A stretch of DNA of 64,000 nt from Acidobacteriota bacterium (GTDB lineage: Bacteria > Acidobacteriota > UBA6911 > RPQK01 > JAJDTT01): assembly GCA_965263035.1 (NCBI GenBank), contig OZ253580.1, positions 6,134,071 to 6,198,070 on the forward strand. The letters are read 5' to 3'. The translations under genes were made by a program, and so were the position numbers. The notes below the pieces were generated by a model. The model made no database searches. It was not told where the DNA came from and was given only the letters and a program-made list of their open reading frames with translations. This document shows positions 29,693-40,300 of this stretch, piece after piece. Position 1 is the first letter of the stretch. Each line of letters begins with the position of its first letter.

Positions 29693-29704
29693 AATTAACG
29701 GACA
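29679..29704. repeat. Site A copy 4
   Basis: Perfect TGTCCGTTAA-CTGAAA-TTAACGGACA. Confidence 0.9.
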
Positions 29705-29857
29705 GTCTCTGGGAAAAGGGAGGATGCCGGGGGCGGGGTCGAATCAGCCCCGATCCGCCGAGTCGGTGGTCCATTCTAGAATTCGGCCAGAAGGAACTCC
29801 CCTGCATCCCTGAATACTGTTGCCGACGCTCCCATCTACCTGGAGGAACCATTCCGG

Positions 29858-32839
29858 ATGTCAATTCACTCCCCGAAGACCTCGTATCCTAGGCCTCAGC
29901 GATCCACGAGTTCTCTCCTGGCAGTGACGTTGGTCCTGCTGGCCGCTCCAGAGCCTGCCACAGCACAAATCGTCCCCGTCTGCGACCGGACCCCGGCAGT
30001 GCGCGACGGGATCGTGAATCTAGTGCCAGAGGTAAATGACTGCGCCGATGTCACCGAGGCGCATCTGGTCGAAGTCCACGGCACCCTCGACTTGAGGGGG
30101 CCGGAGTTGCGTAGGGATATATTGAGCGGTACACCCTATCAGGTGGGTCTTCCCAAACCCATCGGGGAGTTGAAGGCGGGGGATTTTTCTGGACTGACCG
30201 GACTACAACATCTCATGTTGTCTCGCAACCGCTTTACCACACTGCCGACGGGACTCTTTGCCGGCCTCTTATCGCTGAAGACACTCGACTTGGCCGGCAA
30301 CAACCGACTGACCACGCTGCCGGAGGGGGTCTTCTCCGGACTCCCCTCGCTAAATTCGCTCAGTCTTGTGCTGGACGATGATTACCCGAACAGTATTCTG
30401 TTAGATCTTTTCTCTGAGCTCTACTCACTCCCATCATTGGAAGGCTTCTCGCTGGCCTACAATCGAGTGTATGCGCTCCCGGCAGGGATCTTCTCGGGCT
30501 TCTCCTCCCTTACAGAACTGACCCTATACAGCGCCGCGGGCGTTCTGCCGGAGGGGCTTTTGTCGGGGCTATCCTCGCTCCAGCGCCTCCACCTAGGAGT
30601 CTATTCCCTGTTCAAATTTCCAGAGGGACTTTTGTCGGAACTGCCTTCACTTCAGCATCTCCACCTAGTGGCCCGCCGCCAAACCACCCTCCCGCCGGAC
30701 ATCTTCTCAGACCTCCCTTCACTGAAATCGCTCAAGATCAATATCAACAGACTGATGGCTTCGGGATCGTATCGGGAACCGACAATCCTCCCAGCCCGGA
30801 TCTTCTCGGGGCTAAGCTCGTTACAACACCTCGACCTGGAGCACATCGGACTGTCCTCCCTCCCGGCGGACATCTTTTCCAACCTCCACGCATTGACGAC
30901 ACTCAACTTACGGTTCAACCAAATGAAAACGCTCCCGCCGGGAATATTCTCGGGTCTCTCCTCGCTGACGACACTCAACTTGAAATCCAATTGGCTACGT
31001 ACACTGCCGGAAGGCCTATTCTCCGGCCTCTCCGCCCTCGAAGAACTCTATCTGGAAGACAATGCAATAAAATCTCTGCCGGAGGGGATCTTCTCCGGTC
31101 TTTTCTCGCTGAAGCAGCTTCGGCTGCGCAATAATCGAAAGGCTCCCATTTACTACCTGCCCATATTTGTTTCATTGGAGCAGGTGGGGGAGGATGGATT
31201 CCAGGCTCGCGTCAATACTGGCGCACCCTTTGATATCGTTCTCCCACTCACTGTGGCCAACGGTACTGTCGACGTGGGGTCAGACCTCCTCACGATCCCC
31301 ACGGGTCACGAGACCAGCCGCGTCCTTTCGGTATCTCGGCTTCCCGGTACGACCTCTGCCGTGACCGTCGACGTTTTACGGTTCCCATACCCGCCTCGAG
31401 ACCAGAGTGGGTACACTCTCGTAAGGGCGTTCAACTTTCCAGAGACTGTCTTGGAAACTCATTCCCTAGACTTTCCCCATTTCGTCAACGGGTTCTCCAT
31501 CACTTCTGACCTAGTGTTTGTGAATGTCGCTGCGACCCCAATCCAGCCCGCCCTCTTCTTTTTCGACAAGCAGGGAGATCTCATAGACCCCGCATCGGTG
31601 GTGGATGTCGGCCAAGACCTTCAGGTCCGGGGGGATGGCGGCCTGACCGTGCGGACGGAAATAGAACCCCTGGGAGAACTCACGATTTCTACCCACGGCC
31701 GAGGGAGGCTCGTGACCGGTTCGGTGCGAGTCGCGGCCGACGGTCCCATTGGTGGGGCCCTGCGTTTCAACAACCCGACGGTCGGGGTCGCTGGCGTGGG
31801 AACGGGATCCCCCGTGCAGGACGCTATCTTCCCCGTGCGCCGCCAGCAATCAGGAATCAATACTGGTGCAGCGATCCGTAACCTGGGAGAGGATCCGATG
31901 ACCGTGACATGCCAACTAATGAAACGCGGCAGGGTATTGGAAGAGACGGATATTCCCCTGGCCGGCCACGGACAGACCGCCCAGTTCATCGGCGAGTTGT
32001 TCGCTGCGACCGATACGTCGGACTTTGTGGGGTCCGTGCGCTGCACTGCTCCCGAAGCCGGCCTGTTTACCGGCGTGGCCTTGGAGATAGACTTCGAGAA
32101 CCCGGTGTCCACCACCTTGCCGCTGGTTCCCGTTCCACAGATGCGGACACGGGATTACACGCAACTGCACTTCGCCCATTTCGCCAACGGGACGTCCATC
32201 ACTTCCGATCTGGTGTTCGTGAATGTGGCCTCGAAGCCGATTCGTCCCGTCATCTATTTCTACGATGGCACAGGCCATCTCATTGCCCCGGAATCGGTGG
32301 TGGACCTGGATTACTTTGAGGCCTATGCGGATGGAGGCCTGACCATACGGTCGGACATTGCCCCGCTGGGGGAACTCACGATTTCGACCCACGGGCGGGG
32401 GCGTCTGGTGACCGGATCGGTGAAAGTCATCGCCCCTGGTCCTATCGGTGGATTCCTGCGGTTTGACAACCCCAACGTCGGAGTCGCCGGAGTCGGGGCC
32501 AGTGAGGCTGTCCAGGATGCGATCTTTCCAGCTCGACACCAGGCGCGAGGAATTCGCACGGGAATGGCCATCCGCAACCTGAAAAAGGACGCGATCGACA
32601 TCATCTGCCAACTGATGCGCGACGGCAGGGGTTTGGAAGAGAAGGAAATCCCCTTGGCCGGCCACGGACAGACCGCCCAATTCATCCACGAGCTATTCCC
32701 CCAGACCGTCACCTCCGATTTCGTGGGATCGGTGCGCTGCACCGCACCAGAGGACGGCAGGTTCACGGGATTGGCCCTGGAGATGGACGTCGGCAACCGC
32801 ATCTTCACGACCTTGCCCGTGGTGCCGGTCCGGCGATGA
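29858..32839 (+). CDS. Secreted LRR protein with two constant C-terminal domains (family I)
   Basis: PVCDRT cap, about 12 divergent LRRs, 2x constant domain ending NRIFTTLPVVPVRR. Confidence 0.9.
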   Translation: MSIHSPKTSYPRPQRSTSSLLAVTLVLLAAPEPATAQIVPVCDRTPAVRDGIVNLVPEVNDCADVTEAHLVEVHGTLDLRGPELRRDILSGTPYQVGLPKPIGELKAGDFSGLTGLQHLMLSRNRFTTLPTGLFAGLLSLKTLDLAGNNRLTTLPEGVFSGLPSLNSLSLVLDDDYPNSILLDLFSELYSLPSLEGFSLAYNRVYALPAGIFSGFSSLTELTLYSAAGVLPEGLLSGLSSLQRLHLGVYSLFKFPEGLLSELPSLQHLHLVARRQTTLPPDIFSDLPSLKSLKININRLMASGSYREPTILPARIFSGLSSLQHLDLEHIGLSSLPADIFSNLHALTTLNLRFNQMKTLPPGIFSGLSSLTTLNLKSNWLRTLPEGLFSGLSALEELYLEDNAIKSLPEGIFSGLFSLKQLRLRNNRKAPIYYLPIFVSLEQVGEDGFQARVNTGAPFDIVLPLTVANGTVDVGSDLLTIPTGHETSRVLSVSRLPGTTSAVTVDVLRFPYPPRDQSGYTLVRAFNFPETVLETHSLDFPHFVNGFSITSDLVFVNVAATPIQPALFFFDKQGDLIDPASVVDVGQDLQVRGDGGLTVRTEIEPLGELTISTHGRGRLVTGSVRVAADGPIGGALRFNNPTVGVAGVGTGSPVQDAIFPVRRQQSGINTGAAIRNLGEDPMTVTCQLMKRGRVLEETDIPLAGHGQTAQFIGELFAATDTSDFVGSVRCTAPEAGLFTGVALEIDFENPVSTTLPLVPVPQMRTRDYTQLHFAHFANGTSITSDLVFVNVASKPIRPVIYFYDGTGHLIAPESVVDLDYFEAYADGGLTIRSDIAPLGELTISTHGRGRLVTGSVKVIAPGPIGGFLRFDNPNVGVAGVGASEAVQDAIFPARHQARGIRTGMAIRNLKKDAIDIICQLMRDGRGLEEKEIPLAGHGQTAQFIHELFPQTVTSDFVGSVRCTAPEDGRFTGLALEMDVGNRIFTTLPVVPVRR

Positions 32840-32879
32840 CCTGCCGGGGATAGCGGGAGACGGCGACACTCTGGAGAGC

Positions 32880-32903
32880 GTCCGCTAATTGAAATTAACG
32901 GAC
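32880..32903. repeat. Site A copy 5
   Basis: GTCCGCTAA-TTGAAA-TTAACGGAC; the element's tail is replaced by foreign DNA right after the arm. Confidence 0.82.
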
Positions 32904-33092
32904 GTCGACCCTCTCCCACACCTGAATCGGAACCCTAAACACCGTAACCACTCTCGGTTTCAGTGAGCCCCTTAGCCCAAAAAAATCACATTTCTCGGTG
33001 TCGTGAAGATGAAGTCATTTCGGGAAACCAGTCGGGGAGAACCACGGACCCGCTCCGTGGGTCCCCGGTTCCCCAAGACAGGAGGAAGACCT

Positions 33093-33641
33093 ATGAAGCG
33101 ATGGAGTCAAAATGAAGGAACCCGTCGGCATCTATGGAACCGGGCCCTCATCCTGCCGCTGTGCGCTTGCCTGGTACTCGCCAGCAGTGCGACGCATCCC
33201 GTCTGGTCCGCCGGAGCATCCAAGGACGATCGGCTGCAGGATCAGCTCCAGGGCCAAACGGTTCAAGTTGCCTTCAAGGGCTACGGCTTCATGGAGGGCC
33301 AAGTACTGGACGTCCAGAAGAACGCCCTGAGAATCGATGTCACTAAGAGTTTCAATCCCAGTTTGATTTCGACTGGGGTTCAGGACATCCCCATCGAGCG
33401 GATTTCCACCGTGCGCTGGACGGCAGGGTCCAAGAACAGAAAGATTTTCTTCACGGTGGGCTTTGCAATCGGAATTGTTGGGGGGCTTTGGCTTACGGGA
33501 AGTGGAGCTAATGTACTCGCATTTATGGGAACTACAGCGGGGGGAGGACTATTCGGTTACGCCGTGGGCTGGGGGCTGGACCAGAAAAGCATCACGTTGG
33601 AGACCCATCGACCGAAGGTGGCTCGCGCGACCAGGAAATAA
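33093..33641 (+). CDS. Hypothetical exported/membrane protein
   Basis: AGGAAG before ATG; signal peptide; glycine-rich hydrophobic C-terminal hairpin. Confidence 0.6.
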   Translation: MKRWSQNEGTRRHLWNRALILPLCACLVLASSATHPVWSAGASKDDRLQDQLQGQTVQVAFKGYGFMEGQVLDVQKNALRIDVTKSFNPSLISTGVQDIPIERISTVRWTAGSKNRKIFFTVGFAIGIVGGLWLTGSGANVLAFMGTTAGGGLFGYAVGWGLDQKSITLETHRPKVARATRK

Positions 33642-34032
33642 GAGTGCGAGCCAAGTGAAATCGCCCTACCGTACATGAACGGAAACCACAGCGATGACTT
33701 GTCGAGAACAGTTCAGAGGGGAACCCGAGTGACCACTGGGCGCGGTCCGGCCGCTGGTGCAGAGGGTTTAGGCCGCCAACTCAATCAGTCGTTTCTTGTC
33801 CTGAGTTTCCCCCTGCAGTATTCTTGGTTTCCCGAAGGCGAGCCCGCCAAGTGTAGCAGCACCCGGCAGGCTCTAAGCCAACTCGACCTATGCCGGAGGA
33901 AGAGCCAGCTTGGCAGATATTCTATTCCACCCCCCTCCCTGGTTTCATTCCGGCATAGGTCCCCTCATCGGAGTCAGGATCTTCCGACTGCGGAGAATGA
34001 AGTCCTCCAACCCGCGCCAAGCCCACTCCTAA

Positions 34033-36448
34033 TTGGGCACACATGGATCCCGACCCATTAACGAGGGAGAAACCATGACCACCTTTGAACAGACCGAAGG
34101 CAACCCCGTGTTTCGGTGCCGCTCCGGCTCGTGGGGAGGCGGATTTTTCCGAACGAGCATATTGCAAGACAAACTCGTCTCTTTCGTTTTGTCCTCGGCA
34201 GTGGGGTGCCTCACGGTCGTCTTGCTGCTGGCGGCGGCGCCCCCTTTGCAAGCCTGCGACGATGGTTGGACGGTGCCGAATCCCGAGAACAATCCCGGTC
34301 TGGTGGAGGACTGTAGAGTCCTTCTCGCTATACGCGATGACTTGGCCGGGACCGGCTTCTTGAACTGGGAGTTTGGTTTGCCCATGGACCGCTGGGGCGG
34401 TATCCGCGTCTCGGGATCTCCCAGCCGCGTGCGGCAGTTGGTCCTGTTTGGGGACGACCGGCCAGGGTCGATTCCGTCGGGACTGGGTCGGCTGTCCCAA
34501 CTGCAGACGTTGATGCTCTCTAGCCGGCAGCTGATGGGGCCGATTCCGCCGGAATTGGGACAACTGTCGAATCTGGAGGAGTTGAGCCTCTCCGGCGACC
34601 GGCTGGGATCGATTCCAGCCGAGTTGGGGCAGCTTTCCCGCCTCCGTCGGCTGGGACTCGTCGGCAATCAGTTAACGGGATCCATACCCGCCGAATTGGG
34701 ACGGTTGTCCAATCTCCAGCGCTTACACCTCGCTGACAATCAGCTGACGGGGCCAATCCCGCCAGAACTAGGCCAACTGCTTCAGTTGAAGGCAATGACG
34801 CTTGACGACAATCAGCTCACGGGGCCGATACCGCCCGAACTGGGGCAACTCTCTTCGTTGGCGGATCTTCACCTTCAGAACAATCAGTTGACGGGATCGA
34901 TACCGGCCGAACTGGGACAGCTCTCTTCGCTGTTTGAATTACAACTCCAAAACAACGAGCTGTCAGGATCGATCCCGCCGGAGCTAGGGCAACTCTCCTC
35001 GTTGTTCGAGCTGGATCTCCAATACAACCAACTCACGGGGCCGATACCGGCCGAACTGGGACGATTGTCCCAACTCCGGAGAGGATTATATCTCCACAGC
35101 AATGAACTGACAGGATCGATTCCGGCCGAGTTGGGGCAACTCTCCCAGCTGTGGCGCTTGCACCTCCAGAACAACGAGTTGACAGGATCGATTCCGGCCA
35201 AACTCGGGCAACTCTCCGAGTTACAGGAGTTCAGTTTCCGGGGCAACCGGCTGACGGGAGCGGTTCCCACCGAGTTGGGTCATTTGCCCGATGTGTACGT
35301 ATTGAACTTGGCCGCGCGCCGGATCACCCCAGAACAAGTTAAGGTCACCTGGGATGATCCGGGTGACCCCAGTGCCAGTTACGAGTACCGGCTCGTGCTG
35401 CGGGATGAGAACCTGAACTATACGGTGACAGACTGGACCGAAATTGAAGATCCGGAGGCGACACTGGGTCCGGGCGAAGGAATCACCATCGAATGGATTT
35501 TGACGAACCTGCCAGCCGATCTCGATGTCGTCTCCGTCCGTTTGAGGGCGAAGAACGAGAACGGACCAAGTCCGCCAACATCGGCTCCAGTCGAACCCCT
35601 CCAGGTTTCCGAGGATGCGGATCTCCCCTACTGCCGTTCGCTGTGGACGGGACGGGCGCGTTGCACCACCACTGCCGTCCTGCCACACGTCTTCATGGGA
35701 CCTCTCGGCGAGGATCAGGCCCGAGCCGAAATCCTTATTACCAACCGCAGCGGGTTTGTAGCTTGCGACCTGGCGCTGCTCTTTCACCAGGGAACTTCCG
35801 AAGCTCCGCAGGTATTGTTCGACAACGAGCCGCTCGAGGGGAACCTGTTCGAGGCCACTTTTTCCAGGAGAACTGCACGGATCCTGACCTTGACGTCGGA
35901 TTCGGAAGAGCTGGTGGTCGGGGCAGTCTCGGTCTTCGTCCGCGCGCCCTGCTCGATCACCTCGTTCCAGATTCGGGGACGCTACCTCGTGGAAGAGTCG
36001 GATGAACGGGGATATCCAAGAGCTCTTTTCCGTTCCCGGCCAGTCTCCGCGGGAGTGGCTCGGAAATGGGGATTGTCAAGTCTTGACCGGAGTCTTCGGC
36101 CCGGGGCGAAATCTCGGTTTTGCCTCGGTGACGACCGAACCGGGGCTTGGTGCTCCGGCCGGGACCCAACTCCATCTCCAGGCCTTCGATCTGGAGGGGA
36201 ATCCCGTAGAGAGCCCACCCAGCATGGAGGTCTCCGGCGCACAGACCGCCTCCTTTCCCTGGAGCTTCCAGGAACCCACCATCCTCAAGATGTGCCTGGA
36301 GGTTCCGGACCCGGACAGTCAATTCCAGCTCTCGACCATCGCCATCGGCGTCGTCCAGAAGGGGGATAACGTGCAGTGGAGTGATGAACCCGCCGTGGAA
36401 GTTGAGCCATCAGATCACCCGTCGCCATGGCCGAACGTCGGTCCCTGA
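34033..36448 (+). pseudogene. Secreted LRR + FN3-like protein with a divergent constant-like domain; frameshift near 36000
   Basis: NPGLVEDC..LL cap, about 11x LTGxIPxELGQLSxL, VTWDDP...VRLRAKN, AVLPHVFMG. The frame continues in 36002..36448. Confidence 0.75.
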
Positions 36449-36989
36449 ACACCAGAAACACCCATCAGGGGTAAAGAGTGGCTACGGTGGGGGAACTCTG
36501 ACCACTTTTAGGTAGGTTCAAAAAATTGTTGGGATTGCCGATATGAAGGAGGCGACACTATGATCACTGAATCCGCCATCTTTCCTGACCTGCCCCGCGG
36601 CAGGATCCAACCCAGCCAGTCCCACCCGAGTCGACTCCCGGTGGGTTGACCCTCCCCACCCGGTGAGCCCATCCCAACCCAAAACTCACATCTCCTTGCA
36701 TCGGGCCGGAGGAAGGGCCCGCCCTCAGAAGCCTTCGGCTTCGAGGACACGCCTGCCGGGTGTAGCAGCACCCGTCAGGCTCTCACCTCGACGTGGGCCT
36801 CCCCCTGGACGGACAGCTCCCCTTCCCTGGAGTCCTTCGCCCGGCGGGACACAACGGCACGGGCCAAGCGTCGAAGCGGAGCGTCTCTTCCGGGGTCTTC
36901 ACAGCGGCCTTCCCGCAGGGATCAATGAGAAGTGAGCGCCCCCCCGCAGGGCAAGGGTGTGTTACACAGACGGGGATCTTCTGGACAAC

Positions 36990-37013
36990 ATCCGTTAACT
37001 GAAATTAACAGAC
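36990..37013. repeat. Site A copy 6
   Basis: ATCCGTTAA-CTGAAA-TTAACAGAC; tail present, but site B is deleted near 37090. Confidence 0.82.
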
Positions 37014-37347
37014 GTTCTCTGGAAAAAGGAAGGAAGCCAGGGGGTGCGAATCAGCCCCAATCCTCCGGGAAACACGGTCCAGGAAAAGACCACCACGCCC
37101 CTGACTTCCCCGTGTTCTGCGGTGCCCGCCAAGGGCGAGTGTCCTTCGGCATCGGTCCGGAAACCGCTGTTGCCTCGCTGGTGGATGTCGCCCGCCGGTT
37201 CTGGTGGTCTGAGCCACCCCTTCGCTGAGTCATTTCCGGGTCTGGTCCCCGGGCCGTATGGCTAGTATTCTCCAAGACCGGCGTCCGGGTGGGAGAGGAC
37301 CCGGGAAACGCTATGTCCACTCGTTCTAGACTGCAGTAGGAGTCCGC

Positions 37348-40300
37348 TTGATCAATCCTCTACTCGGCTCATTCTCGAGTTCTTTTTTTGCCTGGTGGCT
37401 GTTTTTCGTTCTGTCGCCGCCGCAAGCCGGCGGCCCCCCGTCAGAGCAAGGTCACCCGACGGACGACTCAATTTCCCGTCAGGCGCAGGAACCGGGGGAG
37501 ACGATTCTGTACTTCCCGGATTACGTGGATGGGGGCGGATGGTCGGTGCAGTTGGTCCTCAGCAACGTCGACCCGGACGCCGCGGCCGAGGTCCTGGTGG
37601 AAGTCTACGACCCGGACGGGCAACCGATCCTGGATCTGTTCAATTCTGATTTGACGTTGGAGATTCCAGCGCTCGGCAGTCGCGTCTTGAGAAGCACCGG
37701 ATCAGGGGCCATTCGGCGGGGTTGGATCCAGGCCGAGACCGATGCGGATACGATCAGTGGACTATTGGCCTACCGGAACGCCCAATCGGGGATCGAAGTC
37801 GGCGTCAAACCCGTCGAGTTGGGCCCGCAGTTCGCCTTGTTCGTTGAGGAATCGCCGACGGTCGGCGCCGGAGTCGCCGTTTACAAGCCGGACGCCTCGT
37901 CTCGCCTCGAGCTTCGAATCCGCGACGAGGATGGGAGCGATCCCCTGGAGGGTGGGTTCGTCCCCTGGGGGGACTTCCACCAATCGGCGCTCACACTCCC
38001 GGAATGGTTCGCAGTGGAAGGAGTCGATACGGGATTCCTGACGGACTTTCGCGGGCTGTTGTTCCTGGAGACCGAGGACGAGTCTGAGTTCGCCCCGCTC
38101 GGTCTTCGGTTCGGGAAGCGGACCTCCTCGCTCTCGGCGGTGCCGGCGATCCGGACCCAAAGCGAGGAACCTCAAGAGACGCTTCTGGTCTTTCCCGACT
38201 ACGTGGACGGAGGTGGGTGGTCGGTGCAGCTGGCGCTGACCAACGTCGATCCGGACGCCGCGGTCGAGGTTCGGGTTGAAGTCTATGACCCGGACGGACA
38301 GCCCGTCCTGGATCTGTTCGATTCCGATTTGACGTTCGAGATCCCGTCCCAGGGCAGTCGAGTCTTGAAGAGTGCCGGCTCCGGAGCCATTCGGCGGGGT
38401 TGGATCCAGGTCGGGACCGATGCGCCCACGATCAGTGGACTATTGACCTACCGGCACTCCCAATCGGGGATCGAAGTCGGCGTCGAGCCCGCCCGGTTGG
38501 GGAAGCAATTCGCTCTGTTCGTGGAGGAATCGGGAACCGTCGGGGCGGGACTGGCCCTCTTCAAACCAGATGCAGAATCCAGGATCGATCTGAGAATCCG
38601 CGACGAGGAGGGAAACGACCCGTTGAACGGGGTGTTCCTCCCCTGGAGAGACTTCCACCAAGCGGCTCGCACGCTCCCGGAATGGTTCGATGTGCACGGA
38701 GTGGATGCGGGATTTCTGGCAGACTTTCGAGGCCTCCTGTTCCTGCGCACCGAGGACGAGTCTCCGTTCGCCCCGCTCGGGCTGCGGTTCGGGAAGGAGA
38801 CCTCCTCGCTCTCGGCAGTGCCGGCGATCGGGATCCCGGACGGAGGCGGGATCGACGACGGCCGCGCTCCCCCTCCCACGGTGACGCTGTCAGCATCGCC
38901 GAAGTCGATCGATCGGGGCCAGAGCACGACGTTGACCTGGTCGTCCACGAATGCGGAAAACGCCGAGATCACCCCGGACATCGGCAGGGTGCCGACATCC
39001 GGGTCTCGGACGGTGTCGCCGAGCGTCACCACGACCTACCGCATCACGGTGACGGGAGCGGACGGACAGACAGCCCCGGCGGCGGTCACGGTGACGGTGG
39101 CCGTTTCCGAGCGGGCGGCGCTGGTCGCGCTGTACGAAGCGCTGGGCGGATCGATGTGGACCCACAGCGAGAACTGGCTGACGGACGCCCCGCTGGGGGA
39201 GTGGTACGGGGTCGAGGTCGATATCCAGGGCCGGGTGATCGGACTGCAATTATTCACAGTGATTGAGACTGAAGAGGGGCACCGAATAAAAATAGGGATC
39301 GGATTGACCGGCGTGCTCCCGCCGGAACTGGGTTCGCTTTTCCACCTGAGGGTCCTGGATCTCAGTGAGAACCAAGTGGAGGGGCCGATCCCGCCGGAAC
39401 TGGGCGCGCTCGGCCAACTGGAGTTCCTGTCTCTCGGGGGGAACAATCTGACAGGGGAGATTCCAGCGGAGTTGGGCGCGCTTGCCCAACTGAAGACCCT
39501 GTATCTCAGGTTGAATCAGCTGACGGGGGCGATCCCACCGGAGCTGGGCGCGCTCGCCGAACTGAGGACCCTGAATCTTGGTGAGAACCAGCTGACGGGA
39601 GAGATCCCGGTTGAGCTGGGCGCGCTCGCCCAACTGGAGCTCCTGTCTCTCGCCGGGAACCAGCTGGCGGGAGAGATCCCGCCAAGTTTCCTGAATCTGG
39701 ACCAACTCAACAACTTTAACTTTCACGATCTTAGAGCCGCAGGTCTTTGCGTCCCCGGTACGTCCGATTTCGTCACATGGCTGCAAGGGATGGAACGATA
39801 CAATGGATCGTACTGTAACGAGTCTGACGGGGCCGTGCTCGACTACCTGTACCGAAGTACCGGCGGAGAGGATTGGACAAACTCTGACGGCTGGGTTGAG
39901 GATGGCGCATTGGGTGAACGGTACGGGGTTCAGACCGACTCGCTGGGACGCGTAACAGGACTCGACCTGAGCGGCAACGGACTTGCGGGGCGGTTCCCGG
40001 GTAGCTTGCTTCGCCTGGGCCAGTTGACTGAATTGCGGGTCGACGGAAACGCCCTCTCTGGCCGGTTACCGTGGTCTTTGACCCGTCTGTCCCTGCAAGA
40101 ATTCCACTACGCGAACTCGGATCTGTGTGTCCCGAACGAGGCATCGTTCCGCTCTTGGTTGGACACCATTCCCTCTCACGAAGGCACAGGAATGACGTGC
40201 GGACCGCCTTCGAGCCGAGATTTCCTGATGGCGCTGTACGATATGACCGACGGACCGAACTGGGCTCAGGACGACCAGTGGGGAGCCCCTGCTCCACTGA

